NCBI GenBank assembly: GCA_947626025.1
Contig: CANQQQ010000004.1
Location: forward strand, 1 to 60,696
DNA: 60,696 nt
Reading direction: 5' to 3'
Source: an uncultured Clostridia bacterium
Lineage (GTDB): Bacteria; Bacillota; Clostridia; TANB77; CAG-508
Of this stretch, positions 11,213 to 21,579 are shown piece by piece. Under the pieces are notes generated by a model. The model was given only the letters and a program-made list of their open reading frames with translations, had not been told where the DNA came from and searched no databases. Every line of letters starts with the position of its first letter. Position 1 is the stretch's first letter. Position numbers and translations under genes: made by a program.

Positions 11213-11770
11213 TTGAACAAGAGGATAAAAACTTTAATAATAGTTATTTTAACATTATTTACAATATCACTATTAAAAGCTATAAATATTGAAGATATAA
11301 TTTTAAAAAAAATATATACAGTAAAATATCAAGATTATGTTTATAAATACTCAGAAGAATATAATGTTGATCCATGTTTAACACTTGCAATAATAAGAGT
11401 TGAAAGTAATTTTGACGAGGATAGTATTTCGCAAAGTGGAGCAAAAGGGCTAATGCAATTAATGGATTCAACAGCAGATGAGTTAGCTTTAGATTTAGAT
11501 ATAGCTGATAATTATGATATTTTTAATGCAGAAACTAATATTGTATTAGGAACAACATATATGTCTACATTATTGAATTATTACAATAATAATATGTATC
11601 TTGCGTTATCTGCTTATAATGCAGGGATAGGCAATGTAAATAAATGGATACAAAATGGTACAATAAAAAAAGATGGTTCAGATATTGAGAATATACCATT
11701 TCAAGAAACTAGAAATTATGTAAGAAAAGTAACAAGAGATTTTAGAATTTATACACGTTTATATGGGTAA
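11213..11770 (+). CDS. Lytic transglycosylase (SLT domain)
   Basis: IRVESNF, GAKGLMQLM, AYNAG, ETRNYV motifs; N-terminal membrane anchor. Confidence 0.9.
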   Translation: MNKRIKTLIIVILTLFTISLLKAINIEDIILKKIYTVKYQDYVYKYSEEYNVDPCLTLAIIRVESNFDEDSISQSGAKGLMQLMDSTADELALDLDIADNYDIFNAETNIVLGTTYMSTLLNYYNNNMYLALSAYNAGIGNVNKWIQNGTIKKDGSDIENIPFQETRNYVRKVTRDFRIYTRLYG

Positions 11771-11819
11771 TATAATTAAAAAAATAACAATATAGTTGAT
11801 ATAAAATAGGAGCGAAAAA

Positions 11820-12410
11820 ATGAATAATTTAGAAGAACAAATAAATGCTGATATAAAAGAAAAATTAACAGAACATAGGTATAAACATTCATTAGGAGTA
11901 ATGAAAAAAGCTGAAGAACTTGCTAAATTCTATGGACTAGATGAAAAAAAGGCAAGATTGATAGGGTTAGCACATGATATAGCAAAGCAGATGACTTCAA
12001 CAGAAATTGATGAATATTTATCAAAGTATAAGGTTGACCTAGATGAAATAGAAATAGATAATAGAGAATTATTACATGCTAAAATTGGAGCAGATATATG
12101 TAAAAGGAAATATAACTTTGATGAACAAATGGTTAATGCAGTTAAATATCATACAACAGGAAATCCAAATATGGATATGATGGCTAAAATAATATTTATG
12201 GCAGATAAAATAGAAGAAAATAGAGATTACGATGATGTAGAAGAAAGAAGACAATTAACTTTGAAAAATATAGATATGGCAATTGTTGAAACAATAAACT
12301 ACACAATAAGAGATAGTATAGATCGAGGAAAAATAATTCATCCAGATTCAATACAAACAAGAAATTATCTATTAAAAAACATGAGTAAGAGAAAAGAGCA
12401 CGTTTTATAA
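11820..12410 (+). CDS. yqeK: HD-domain Ap4A hydrolase (YqeK family)
   Basis: RYKHSLGV, LAHDIAK, LLHAKIGA, YHTTG, ADKIE. Confidence 0.88.
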   Translation: MNNLEEQINADIKEKLTEHRYKHSLGVMKKAEELAKFYGLDEKKARLIGLAHDIAKQMTSTEIDEYLSKYKVDLDEIEIDNRELLHAKIGADICKRKYNFDEQMVNAVKYHTTGNPNMDMMAKIIFMADKIEENRDYDDVEERRQLTLKNIDMAIVETINYTIRDSIDRGKIIHPDSIQTRNYLLKNMSKRKEHVL

Positions 12411-12417
12411 CGTGTTC
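12396..12417 (+). terminator. Hairpin at end of yqeK
   Basis: GAGCACGTT-ttat-AACGTGTTC followed by a T-run. Confidence 0.55.
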
Positions 12418-12426
12418 ATTTTTATA

Positions 12427-12553
12427 TAATAGGAAATTCAGTCAAATTTCATATGATAAAAATGATATAATCGCTATCGCTTTTAATACTTCCTCACTTT
12501 GTCCGAAAACCCAAATCGGCAAGAAGAAAAGATGACATAGCCATTTTCTTGAC
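12427..12553 (-). repeat. Dispersed ~125 bp intergenic repeat, copy A (related to 53795-53924)
   Basis: Reverse complement aligns by eye with copy B: AAGAAAA.TGGCT...CCGATTT..GTTT...ACAAA...GATT.TAT.ATTTTTAT...GAAATT...AATTTCCTATTA. Confidence 0.65.
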
Positions 12554-12638
12554 ACCTTTATACTTGTTAATAGAATAAAACTTCAAATTAAGAATACAAT
12601 AATAAGTGGACATGTAAAGAAAAAATAAGAGGTAAATT

Positions 12639-13736
12639 ATGATTATTGATATGGGATATTGGAATAAAGTTATAAGAAGAATTATTATATTAGTTTTTAC
12701 TATTATTTGTATATACTTAGCTTTCAAATTAGCTATATTTTATACACCATTTTTAATTGCTATAGTTATTTCGATGCTTATAGAGCCTTTAATAAGATGG
12801 ACTTCAAAAAGAACTAAGTTAGAAAGGAAGAAAAGTGCAATTATAGTACTTATTCTGGTTTTTGCAATTATTATAGGAGCTTTAGCATTTGGAATAACCA
12901 GTCTTATTTCAGAAGCATCTAATTTATTATCAGGATTAAATGGCTATATAGATATTGCTTATGAAAAGATACAACAGTTTACACAATATATGAGCTTTGA
13001 TGGATTTGAAGGTAGAGATGAATTGAATACGATTATTAAGAATTCAACAAGAAATATACTAGATACAATATCTAATATTATTACTGCTTTTTTACAGTCT
13101 ATATTAAATGCGGTAACATCAATCCCAGAAATAGGAATATACACAGCAATTACAGTCATTGCAACGTATTTTATATGTACAGATAGATTGTATATGTTGG
13201 ATCAACTGGAGCATCATTTGCCTCAAGAATGGGTAAAAAAGATAGGAAACCATGTTAGAGAAATTGCAACATATTTAGGAAATTATTTGAAAGCAGAATT
13301 TATATTAATAGGTATAGATTTTGTTATTATCTTAATTGGATTATTTTTAATGAAATTTTTAGGTTATAACGTAAGTTATCCATTGCTTGTCGCATTAGCA
13401 ATTGGATTCGTAGATGCATTACCATTAGTTGGTTCAGGAACCGTAATGGTTCCATGGGCTATAATATCAGCTTTAAATGGTGATATACGATTAGCCGTTA
13501 CTATAATAGCTTTGTTAGCAGTAATTATAGTAATAAGGCAATTTTTAGAGCCTAAAATTGTAAGTTCTCAAATAGGAATACATCCAATTTTTACTTTAAT
13601 ATCCATGTATACAGGATATAAATTTATTGGAATAATAGGTATGTTAATAGGTCCAATTATATTAATTATATTAAAAAGTATATTTGGAAAACTAATAGAT
13701 AAGGGGATATTAAAAACAATTTTTGATAGGAGATAA
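12639..13736 (+). CDS. ytvI: Sporulation integral membrane protein, AI-2E family
   Basis: 365 aa multi-TM protein; VDALPLVGSGTVMVPW and RQFLEPKIVSSQIGIHP motifs. Confidence 0.85.
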   Translation: MIIDMGYWNKVIRRIIILVFTIICIYLAFKLAIFYTPFLIAIVISMLIEPLIRWTSKRTKLERKKSAIIVLILVFAIIIGALAFGITSLISEASNLLSGLNGYIDIAYEKIQQFTQYMSFDGFEGRDELNTIIKNSTRNILDTISNIITAFLQSILNAVTSIPEIGIYTAITVIATYFICTDRLYMLDQLEHHLPQEWVKKIGNHVREIATYLGNYLKAEFILIGIDFVIILIGLFLMKFLGYNVSYPLLVALAIGFVDALPLVGSGTVMVPWAIISALNGDIRLAVTIIALLAVIIVIRQFLEPKIVSSQIGIHPIFTLISMYTGYKFIGIIGMLIGPIILIILKSIFGKLIDKGILKTIFDRR

Positions 13737-13778
13737 TATCTTGTATAATTAGTATAATTTTGATATACTATTGTTGTT

Positions 13779-16010
13779 ATGATAGTAGAAGTAATTATAA
13801 ATAGTAATGTTAAAAATCTTAATAGAATATTTGACTACAATGTACCAATAGATATAGAGAATGATATAAAAATTGGTAGGAGAGTTTTTGTGCCATTTGG
13901 AAATATGAAGGAGCCTCAAGAGGGATTTATAATAGGTATCAAAGAAAAATCAGAGTATGAAATAAAGGATATTTTAAGCATACAAAAAGAGAACTCTATA
14001 GAGGAAGATAAAATTATTTTAGCAAAACTTATGGCAAGAAAGTATTTTTGTAATATCTCTGATTGCATAAAATTAATGCTTCCACCAGGTACTACTACGA
14101 AAAATATTGAGAATAGAATTAAAGGAAAATCAGCTAGGTTTATATATTTATTAAAAACGGAAGAAGAGATAAATGAAGATATAGAGAATAATGTAATCAA
14201 ATCAGAAAAACAAAAAAGAATATTGAAGTTTTTATTAGATAATGAAGAAGTTTCTTCTATTGATTTAGAAACTTTTACAGATACGACAAGTGCTAATATA
14301 AAGGTTTTAGAAAAAAAGGGGTATATAGAGATAATAGAAAAAACAGTAGAAAGAAATCCTTTTATAAATAAAAACATAATTCCAACTACTAATTTAACTT
14401 TGACTGATGAACAAAAAAAAGCATTTGATGAAATTTCTACAAGCATTAAGAATAACACTTTTGAAGAGTATTTGATTTTTGGAGTAACTGGTTCAGGAAA
14501 AACAGAGATTTATTTACAATTAATAGGAGAAGTATTAAAAAAGAATAAAACAGCTATACTATTAGTTCCAGAGATTTCTTTAACTCCACAAATGATTGAT
14601 AGATTTATAGCAAGATTTGGCGAAGAAGAAATTGCTGTTCTACATAGTAAATTATCAGTAGGAGAGAGATATGATCAATGGAAGAAAATAGAGTCTGGGA
14701 ATATTAGAATAGTGATAGGAGCTAGATCAGCTATATTTGCTCCTATAAAGAATTTAGGACTTATTATAATAGATGAAGAACATGATGCTTCATATAAATC
14801 TGATAAAAATCCTAGGTATAATGCAAAAGAAATAGCAATATACTTAGCAAAAGAAAGAAATATTCCATTAGTATTAGGAAGTGCTACGCCGGATATTAAT
14901 ACATACTACGAAGCTATGAATGGAAAGATAAAATTAGTTTCACTAACAAGAAGAGCAAATAAATCTAATCTACCTAGTGTAGAAATAATTGATTTAAAAG
15001 AAGAATTAGCAAATGGAAATAGGGGAATGCTAAGTAGAAGATTATTTACAGCAATACAAGATAATTTAAAAGCAAAAAAACAAACAATATTATTTCTTAA
15101 TAGAAGAGGGTATTCTACATTTATAATGTGTAGAGATTGTGGATATACAGTAAAATGCAATAAATGCAATGTAACTATGACATATCATATTGAACAAAAT
15201 AGACTAAAATGTCATTATTGTGGATATGAAAGAAAAAATGTAACAATATGTCCAGAATGTAGTAGTAAAAATATTAGATATTTTGGAACAGGAACAGAGA
15301 AACTAGAGGCAGAAATAAAAAAATTATTTCCAGAAGCAACTACAATAAGAATGGATATTGATACTGTTAGCAAAAAAAATTCACATGAAATAATTCTAAA
15401 CAAGTTTAGAGATGAAAATATAGACATATTGGTTGGCACACAAATGGTAGTAAAAGGGCATCATTTTCCAAATGTCACTTTAGTTGGAGTTATTGCTGCA
15501 GATTCAAGCTTATTTATAGATGATTATAGGAGTAATGAAAGAACGTTCCAAATATTAACACAAGTTGCAGGAAGAGCTGGTCGTGGAGAAAGTAGTGGCA
15601 ATGTAATAATTCAAACTTATAATCCAGATAATTTTGCGATAGAATGTTCTAAATTACAAAATTATCAAATGTTTTATGATGAAGAAATAAAATTTAGGGA
15701 ATTATTGAAATATCCGCCATATTGCGATATAATAAAGATTGAAATAAGCGATATGAGTAAAAGTCAAACAGCAAAGATTGCCACACAAATATATAATAGC
15801 CTTATTGAACAAAATGAAGATGGAAAGATGGCTATATATAAACCTATGCCATCCCCAATAGATAAAATAAAAAATAGATATAGATGGAGAATTGTAGGTA
15901 GATGTAGATTTTCTAATACTATTATCGATAGAGTAAATACTAGCATCAAAGATATAAAAAGCGCTAATACTAGGATATTGGTAGATATTAATCCCAACAG
16001 TATGGTATAG
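13779..16010 (+). CDS. priA: Primosomal protein N'
   Basis: GVTGSGKTEIY, DEEHD, tandem CxxC zinc region, QVAGRAGR. Confidence 0.96.
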   Translation: MIVEVIINSNVKNLNRIFDYNVPIDIENDIKIGRRVFVPFGNMKEPQEGFIIGIKEKSEYEIKDILSIQKENSIEEDKIILAKLMARKYFCNISDCIKLMLPPGTTTKNIENRIKGKSARFIYLLKTEEEINEDIENNVIKSEKQKRILKFLLDNEEVSSIDLETFTDTTSANIKVLEKKGYIEIIEKTVERNPFINKNIIPTTNLTLTDEQKKAFDEISTSIKNNTFEEYLIFGVTGSGKTEIYLQLIGEVLKKNKTAILLVPEISLTPQMIDRFIARFGEEEIAVLHSKLSVGERYDQWKKIESGNIRIVIGARSAIFAPIKNLGLIIIDEEHDASYKSDKNPRYNAKEIAIYLAKERNIPLVLGSATPDINTYYEAMNGKIKLVSLTRRANKSNLPSVEIIDLKEELANGNRGMLSRRLFTAIQDNLKAKKQTILFLNRRGYSTFIMCRDCGYTVKCNKCNVTMTYHIEQNRLKCHYCGYERKNVTICPECSSKNIRYFGTGTEKLEAEIKKLFPEATTIRMDIDTVSKKNSHEIILNKFRDENIDILVGTQMVVKGHHFPNVTLVGVIAADSSLFIDDYRSNERTFQILTQVAGRAGRGESSGNVIIQTYNPDNFAIECSKLQNYQMFYDEEIKFRELLKYPPYCDIIKIEISDMSKSQTAKIATQIYNSLIEQNEDGKMAIYKPMPSPIDKIKNRYRWRIVGRCRFSNTIIDRVNTSIKDIKSANTRILVDINPNSMV

Positions 16011-16093
16011 TGTGAAAAATAACTGTTGTATTGAGTTATCAAGCGTAGTACAAATAATTTTTATTTAATAATAAATATGAAAGGAGGACAAAA

Positions 16094-16576
16094 ATGGCTA
16101 TACGTAATATTAGACAAGAAGGAGACGAAATTTTAAAGAAAAAATCAAAGGAAGTAGAAGTAGTAGATGATAAAATAAGAGAACTAATTGATGATATGGT
16201 AGATACAATGCATAAGTATGATGGAGTTGGACTTGCAGCAGTTCAAGTAGGAATTTTAAAGAGAGTGATAGTAATTGATTTATATGACGGAAAACCAATT
16301 TTAAAACTTATAAATCCTGTAGTATTAAAAACGAAAGGAAGTCAAAAAGTGGAAGAAGGCTGTTTGAGTTTTCCAAATAAATTTGTAGAAGTTGAAAGAC
16401 CAAATGAAATTACAGTTGAAGCAATAAATGAAAATGGTGATAAGGTAAAAATAACAGGCACAGGACTTTTAGCACAAGCATTATCACATGAAATAGACCA
16501 TTTAAATGGTATTATTTTAACAGATGTAATGTTACCTGGTACAATGCAATATATAAATCAAAATAATGACAAATAA
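16094..16576 (+). CDS. def: Peptide deformylase
   Basis: GVGLAAVQVG, EGCLS, HEIDHLNG. Confidence 0.96.
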   Translation: MAIRNIRQEGDEILKKKSKEVEVVDDKIRELIDDMVDTMHKYDGVGLAAVQVGILKRVIVIDLYDGKPILKLINPVVLKTKGSQKVEEGCLSFPNKFVEVERPNEITVEAINENGDKVKITGTGLLAQALSHEIDHLNGIILTDVMLPGTMQYINQNNDK

Positions 16577-16680
16577 ATATAACCAATAATATAATATAAG
16601 TAGAGTATACAATAATTTTATTGTAGGAAGAATGACAACTGTCTTTTTCTTTAATCTGCATGAATACGAGGCATGGAGAT

Positions 16681-17403
16681 ATGTTAATAGTAAAAAAATT
16701 TGGAGGAAAACTATTAGAAACAAAGGAAAAAATATCTAAAGTAGTAGATATCTGTAAAGAAGATTATGAGAAAGGACATGACATCATTTTAGTATTATCG
16801 GCAATGGGCAAAAAAACTGATGAATTAATTGGATTAGCAAATGATATTAATGATGACATAAATAAAAGAGAATTAGACATGCTACTTTCTACAGGAGAAC
16901 AGATGTCAGTAGCATTAGTATCTATGGCTTTTGCTAGAGAAAATATACCATCAATTTCTTTAAATGCATTTCAAGTACCAATAATTACAGATTCTAATTA
17001 TAATGATTCAAAAATAATATATATAGGTAGTGACAGAATAAATAAGGAATTACGTAAAAAAAATATTGTAATTGTTACTGGTTTTCAAGGAATTGATAAA
17101 GACAACAATCTAACTACTTTAGGAAGAGGGGGGTCAGATACAACAGCAGTAGCATTAGCAACTAAATTTAATGCAGATAAGTGTGAAATTTATAAAGATG
17201 TAGATGGAGTATATAATGCAGACCCAAAAATTGATAAAAATGCAAAGAAATATAATACTTTAGACTTTGACGAGATGTTACAACTCTCAAATGAAGGTGC
17301 AAAAGTATTACATAATAAGTCTGTAGAAATTGCTAAAAAATACAATGAAACAATATTTATAAAATCTATTCTTACAAATGAAATAGGAACAATAATTAAT
17401 TAA
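16681..17403 (+). CDS. Aspartate kinase, catalytic domain only (240 aa, no ACT domains)
   Basis: KKFGG, VLSAMGKKTDEL, TTLGRGGSDTTA, DVDGVYNADP; start placed at ATG 16681. Confidence 0.85.
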   Translation: MLIVKKFGGKLLETKEKISKVVDICKEDYEKGHDIILVLSAMGKKTDELIGLANDINDDINKRELDMLLSTGEQMSVALVSMAFARENIPSISLNAFQVPIITDSNYNDSKIIYIGSDRINKELRKKNIVIVTGFQGIDKDNNLTTLGRGGSDTTAVALATKFNADKCEIYKDVDGVYNADPKIDKNAKKYNTLDFDEMLQLSNEGAKVLHNKSVEIAKKYNETIFIKSILTNEIGTIIN

Positions 17404-17405
17404 TA

Positions 17406-17434
17406 TTGACATTCTCGCAAAATTATTTTAAAAT
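17406..17434 (+). promoter_or_regulatory. Sigma-A promoter of rnpB
   Basis: TTGACA-17 nt-TAAAAT, 8 nt upstream of the RNA. Confidence 0.75.
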
Positions 17435-17442
17435 AATATATG

Positions 17443-17793
17443 TAAGTAAGCTGAATAGTCGCGTATAGCAATGCCGAAAGGTAGCGTACGAGGAAAGTCC
17501 GGGCATCCAAAGAGCATGGTGCTGGATAACGTCCAGTGAGGGAAACCTTAAGGAAAGTGCAACAGAAAATAACCGCCGTTACTTGTAACGGTAAGGGTGA
17601 AAAGGTAGGGTAAGAGCCTACCGCAACTGTGGTGACATAGTTGGTCAATGTAAACCCCACCTGATGCAAGACCGAGACTAGGAGGTTAAGATAGCTCTTT
17701 TCGTCTCCTTAATTTGGTCGCTTGAGACCTATAGTAATATAGGTAGTAGATAAATGACTATTCTAGACAGAACCCGGCTTACAGGCTTGCTTA
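17443..17793 (+). ncRNA. rnpB: RNase P RNA (type A-like)
   Basis: GAGGAAAGTCCGGGC, GGAAAGTGCAACAGAAA, AAGGGTGAAAAGG..GGTAAGAGC, TAAACCCCAC, AGATAAATGACT and ACAGAACCCGGCTTAC; ends pair (TAAGTAAGC/GCTTGCTTA). Confidence 0.95.
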
Positions 17794-17810
17794 TTATAAT
17801 GTTATGATAT

Positions 17811-17848
17811 AAAACTGACAAATACTTTAAGGTATATGTCAGTTTTTT
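17811..17848 (+). terminator. Intrinsic terminator after rnpB
   Basis: AAAACTGACA..TAC/GTA..TGTCAGTTTTTT. Confidence 0.75.
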
Positions 17849-18014
17849 GATATAAAATACAAAAATATTTATTAAAACTATCTAAAGTGCGTAGAAATAA
17901 GACTTTTATTCTTTTTATAAGTTTATATAAAAAATTTAAATAAATTATATTATTTTTTCTATAATTGTGATACAATATTACAAATAAAAATGCTTATAAA
18001 AGGAGGGAAACTTT

Positions 18015-19244
18015 ATGAAGATACCTGAATTACTAGCACCAGCTGGTTCTTTTGAAAAAGCAAAGATTGCTTTTATGTATGGAGCAGATGCAGTATATTG
18101 TGGAACTGGTTCATTATCTCTAAGAAGTAGAGCTGAAGTAAATGATGAGGATTTAGCAAATACAATAAGATATGCTCATAGTATAGGAAAAAAAGTATAT
18201 GCGGCAATAAATATTTATGCATGGGATGATACATATGAAGAGATAAAAAAACAAGCTAGGATGCTAAATGAACTTAAAGTAGATGGAATAATTGCATCAG
18301 ATGGTGGAGTAATAGATGTTTTGCAACAAGAAGCTCCTGATATAGATATACATATTAGTACACAAGCAAATGCAGTAAGTGCACATGATGCAATGTTTTG
18401 GTATAGAAATGGAGCTAAAAGAATTATTTTAGCTAGGGAATTATCTAAAGAACAGATAAAATATATTATAGATAACACTCCAATTGGATTAGAAACAGAA
18501 ATTTTTGTTCATGGTGCTTTATGTTTTGGCTATTCAGGTAGATGCTTTTTAAGTGATTTCTTATCTTCTAGAAGTGCAAATTTAGGAGATTGTGCACAGA
18601 GTTGTAGATGGGCATATAACTTGTACGTAGAAGAGAAAAATAATCCAGGAAATTTAATGCCTGTTGAATATGATGAAAAGGGCACATATATATTTTCTTC
18701 AAAAGATTTATGCTTGCTAAGAGAAATACCTGAGATAATTAATATGGGTGTTGATAGTATGAAAATCGAAGGAAGATTAAAAACAGAATATTATTTAGCA
18801 AGTGTTATAAATGCTTATAGAAATGCTATAGATGATTATATAACGGATCCAAAAAACTATGATTATACAAAATATTTAAAGGAAATTGACAAAGTTAAAA
18901 CAAGAGGTTTGACAACGTTCTATTTTAATGATAGGAATAATAAAGATTTTCAAGAATATGAAGGAAAGCAATATAATCCTGACTATGAATTTGGAGGAAA
19001 AGTAGTAGAATATAATGAGAATAAATCTGTTATAGAAATAAAGAATAAGTTGATGGTAGGAGACACATTAGAAATTATAATACCTGGAACAATAAATGTT
19101 CATACTTTTGATATTGATAGGTTATGGGATTATGAAACAGATGAAGAGATTAAAAGTGTAAGTCCAGGAAAATCAGGACAAAAAGTGAAAATGAAATTAC
19201 CTATAAAATGTGGACAAGATTGGATTATTAGAAGAAAAAAATAA
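18015..19244 (+). CDS. Peptidase U32 family protein (TrhP-like tRNA hydroxylation protein)
   Basis: PELLAPAG, YGADAVY, HGALCFGYSGRC..GDCAQSCR, KIEGR. Confidence 0.88.
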   Translation: MKIPELLAPAGSFEKAKIAFMYGADAVYCGTGSLSLRSRAEVNDEDLANTIRYAHSIGKKVYAAINIYAWDDTYEEIKKQARMLNELKVDGIIASDGGVIDVLQQEAPDIDIHISTQANAVSAHDAMFWYRNGAKRIILARELSKEQIKYIIDNTPIGLETEIFVHGALCFGYSGRCFLSDFLSSRSANLGDCAQSCRWAYNLYVEEKNNPGNLMPVEYDEKGTYIFSSKDLCLLREIPEIINMGVDSMKIEGRLKTEYYLASVINAYRNAIDDYITDPKNYDYTKYLKEIDKVKTRGLTTFYFNDRNNKDFQEYEGKQYNPDYEFGGKVVEYNENKSVIEIKNKLMVGDTLEIIIPGTINVHTFDIDRLWDYETDEEIKSVSPGKSGQKVKMKLPIKCGQDWIIRRKK

Positions 19245-19269
19245 AACATAGAAAGGATGATGATATTAA

Positions 19270-20055
19270 GTGCTAAGTAAAGAAGAATTAACATTAAGAA
19301 TGAATGAAGCCATAGAGTGGATAAAAGAATATGTTTATAATTCAGGTGCTAAAGGAGTAGTGGTAGGAAATAGCGGTGGAAAAGATTCAGCAACTGTAAT
19401 TGCAATGAGTGTTAAAGCTTTAGGAAAAGAAAATGTTGTAGCAATTTCTATGCCATGTAATTCGATTTCTAGCGATTATGATGATGCAAAATTAGTTGCA
19501 GATACTTTTGGAGTAAAGTTCGTCAAAAATGATTTGACAGATACTTACCAAAAGCTTGAAGAAGCTTTAAACTTTTCTGTAAAAGAACTTGGACTTGAAG
19601 AATTAACAAGAGAATCAAAAATAAACATAAAACCTCGTTTACGAATGATCACTTTATATGCTATTGCACAAAGTCTAAATTATCTTGTTATAGGCACAGG
19701 AAACTTATGTGAAGCTATGGTTGGCTATACAACTAAATGGGGAGATAATGCAGCAGATTTTAATCCAATTGGAAATTTTACAGTGCCAGAAGTTTTAGCT
19801 ATAGGAAAAATGCTTGGGATACCTGATAAGATATTAAATAAAGCACCAAATGATGGCTTAGGGGGACAGACAGATGAAGAAAAGTTAGGTGTTAAATATA
19901 TACAAATTGCAGAAATGATTGAAACAGGAAATACTGATAAATGTGCTAAAGAAATCATAATTCAAAAATATAAATCTTCAAAACATAAAAGACAACTTGT
20001 ACCAGTATTCATGTTTGAACGCGCAAATTATTTAAAGTCATTGGAAAATAATTAG
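19270..20055 (+). CDS. nadE: NH3-dependent NAD+ synthetase
   Basis: SGGKDS, NIKPRLRM, GYTTKWGD; no glutaminase domain. Confidence 0.92.
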   Translation: MLSKEELTLRMNEAIEWIKEYVYNSGAKGVVVGNSGGKDSATVIAMSVKALGKENVVAISMPCNSISSDYDDAKLVADTFGVKFVKNDLTDTYQKLEEALNFSVKELGLEELTRESKINIKPRLRMITLYAIAQSLNYLVIGTGNLCEAMVGYTTKWGDNAADFNPIGNFTVPEVLAIGKMLGIPDKILNKAPNDGLGGQTDEEKLGVKYIQIAEMIETGNTDKCAKEIIIQKYKSSKHKRQLVPVFMFERANYLKSLENN

Positions 20056-20100
20056 TATTTAACATATAAAAATCATTTATATTAGGGGGAAATAATTAAA

Positions 20101-21531
20101 ATGAACGAGGATAAACTTGAATTAGTAACAGATTTTTATGAATTTACAATGTCAAATGGTTATCTACTAAAGAATATGAATGATATTGCATATTTTGATG
20201 TATTTTTTAGAAATGTACCAGACAAAGGTGGATATGCTATAGTTGCAGGACTAGAACAAATAATTGAATTTATAGAAAACTTAAAATTTGATGAAGAAGA
20301 TATCAAATATTTAAGAAGTAAAGAGATTTTTTCTGAAGAATTTTTAAATTATTTAAAAAATTTTAAATTTAGTGGAGATATTTGGGCAATTCCAGAAGGA
20401 ACTGTAGTATTCCCAAACGAACCATTATTAACAGTAAGGGCACCAATAATAGAAGCACAATTACTTGAAACAATGTTACTTCTTATAATAAATCATCAAA
20501 GTTTAATAGCAACAAAGACAAATAGAATTGTTAAAGAAGCAGCAGGAAGACCTGTAATGGAATTTGGAGCTAGACGAGCACATGGTACTACAGCAGCTAT
20601 ATATGGAGCAAGAGCAGCAATAATTGGTGGGGCAGTTGGGACTTCATGTACATTAACAGCACAAAAGTTTAATGTACCTGCAAGTGGAACAATGGCACAT
20701 AGTTGGGTACAAAGTTTTGACTCAGAATACGAAGCATTTAAAACATATGCGGAAATTTATCCTAATGGTTGTACTTTACTAGTGGATACATATAATACTC
20801 TAGAAAGTGGCGTTCCAAATGCTATAAAAGTATTCGATGAGGTTCTAAAGCCACAAGGGATAAGACCTTCCGCTGTAAGATTAGATAGTGGAGATTTAGC
20901 ATACTTATCAAAAAAAGTGAGAGTTATGTTAGATGAAGCAGGTTATGAAGATTGCAAGATTTGTGTTACAAATTCATTAGATGAATATTTGATTTCATCA
21001 TTAATAAAGCAAGGGGCAAAAGTTGACTCATTTGGAGTAGGAGAAAATCTAATAACAGCAAAAAGCGATGCAGTATTTGGCGCAGTTTATAAATTAGTGG
21101 CACTTGAAAGAAATGGAAAAATTATCCCTAAAATAAAGATAAGTGAGAATGTTGCAAAAATTACTAATCCAAGCTTTAAGAAAGTATATAGATTCTATTC
21201 AAAAAGCACTAATTATGCTATTGCTGATCTTGTTACTTTAGGAGATGAACAAATAGATGAGAATGAATATGAGATTTTTGATCCAAATGCGCCATGGAAG
21301 AAAAAAACCCTAAGAAATTACTATGTTAAACCGCTTGCTGAAAAAATATATGATGGAGGTAAATTAATTTATAAATCTCCAACATTAGATGAAATTGCTA
21401 AATATGAAAAGGAACAACTTAACACAATTTGGGATGAAGTTAAACGTCTGGATAATCCTCAAAAATACTATGTGGATTTATCAAAAAAACTATGGGATTT
21501 AAAACATAGTATGTTAGAAAATGGTAGATAG
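20101..21531 (+). CDS. pncB: Nicotinate phosphoribosyltransferase
   Basis: TDFYEFTM, EFGARRAH, GTMAHS, LLVDTY, RLDSGDL. Confidence 0.95.
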   Translation: MNEDKLELVTDFYEFTMSNGYLLKNMNDIAYFDVFFRNVPDKGGYAIVAGLEQIIEFIENLKFDEEDIKYLRSKEIFSEEFLNYLKNFKFSGDIWAIPEGTVVFPNEPLLTVRAPIIEAQLLETMLLLIINHQSLIATKTNRIVKEAAGRPVMEFGARRAHGTTAAIYGARAAIIGGAVGTSCTLTAQKFNVPASGTMAHSWVQSFDSEYEAFKTYAEIYPNGCTLLVDTYNTLESGVPNAIKVFDEVLKPQGIRPSAVRLDSGDLAYLSKKVRVMLDEAGYEDCKICVTNSLDEYLISSLIKQGAKVDSFGVGENLITAKSDAVFGAVYKLVALERNGKIIPKIKISENVAKITNPSFKKVYRFYSKSTNYAIADLVTLGDEQIDENEYEIFDPNAPWKKKTLRNYYVKPLAEKIYDGGKLIYKSPTLDEIAKYEKEQLNTIWDEVKRLDNPQKYYVDLSKKLWDLKHSMLENGR

Positions 21532-21579
21532 TCGAATTTAATTTTAAATAATATATATAAAATTTAAGGAGGAAAAAAT

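Noticed and set aside
12443-12544. Possible small minus-strand ORF with CGG at 12505 (MAMSSFLLADLGF-R/G..)
   Set aside because: Lies in repeat copy A; in copy B the CGG aligns to CTA without an indel, so the C is not an extra base, and the RBS is weak. Not counted as a junction.
16577-16680. Lysine riboswitch before aspartate kinase
   Set aside because: Only about 100 nt available and no convincing L-box core.
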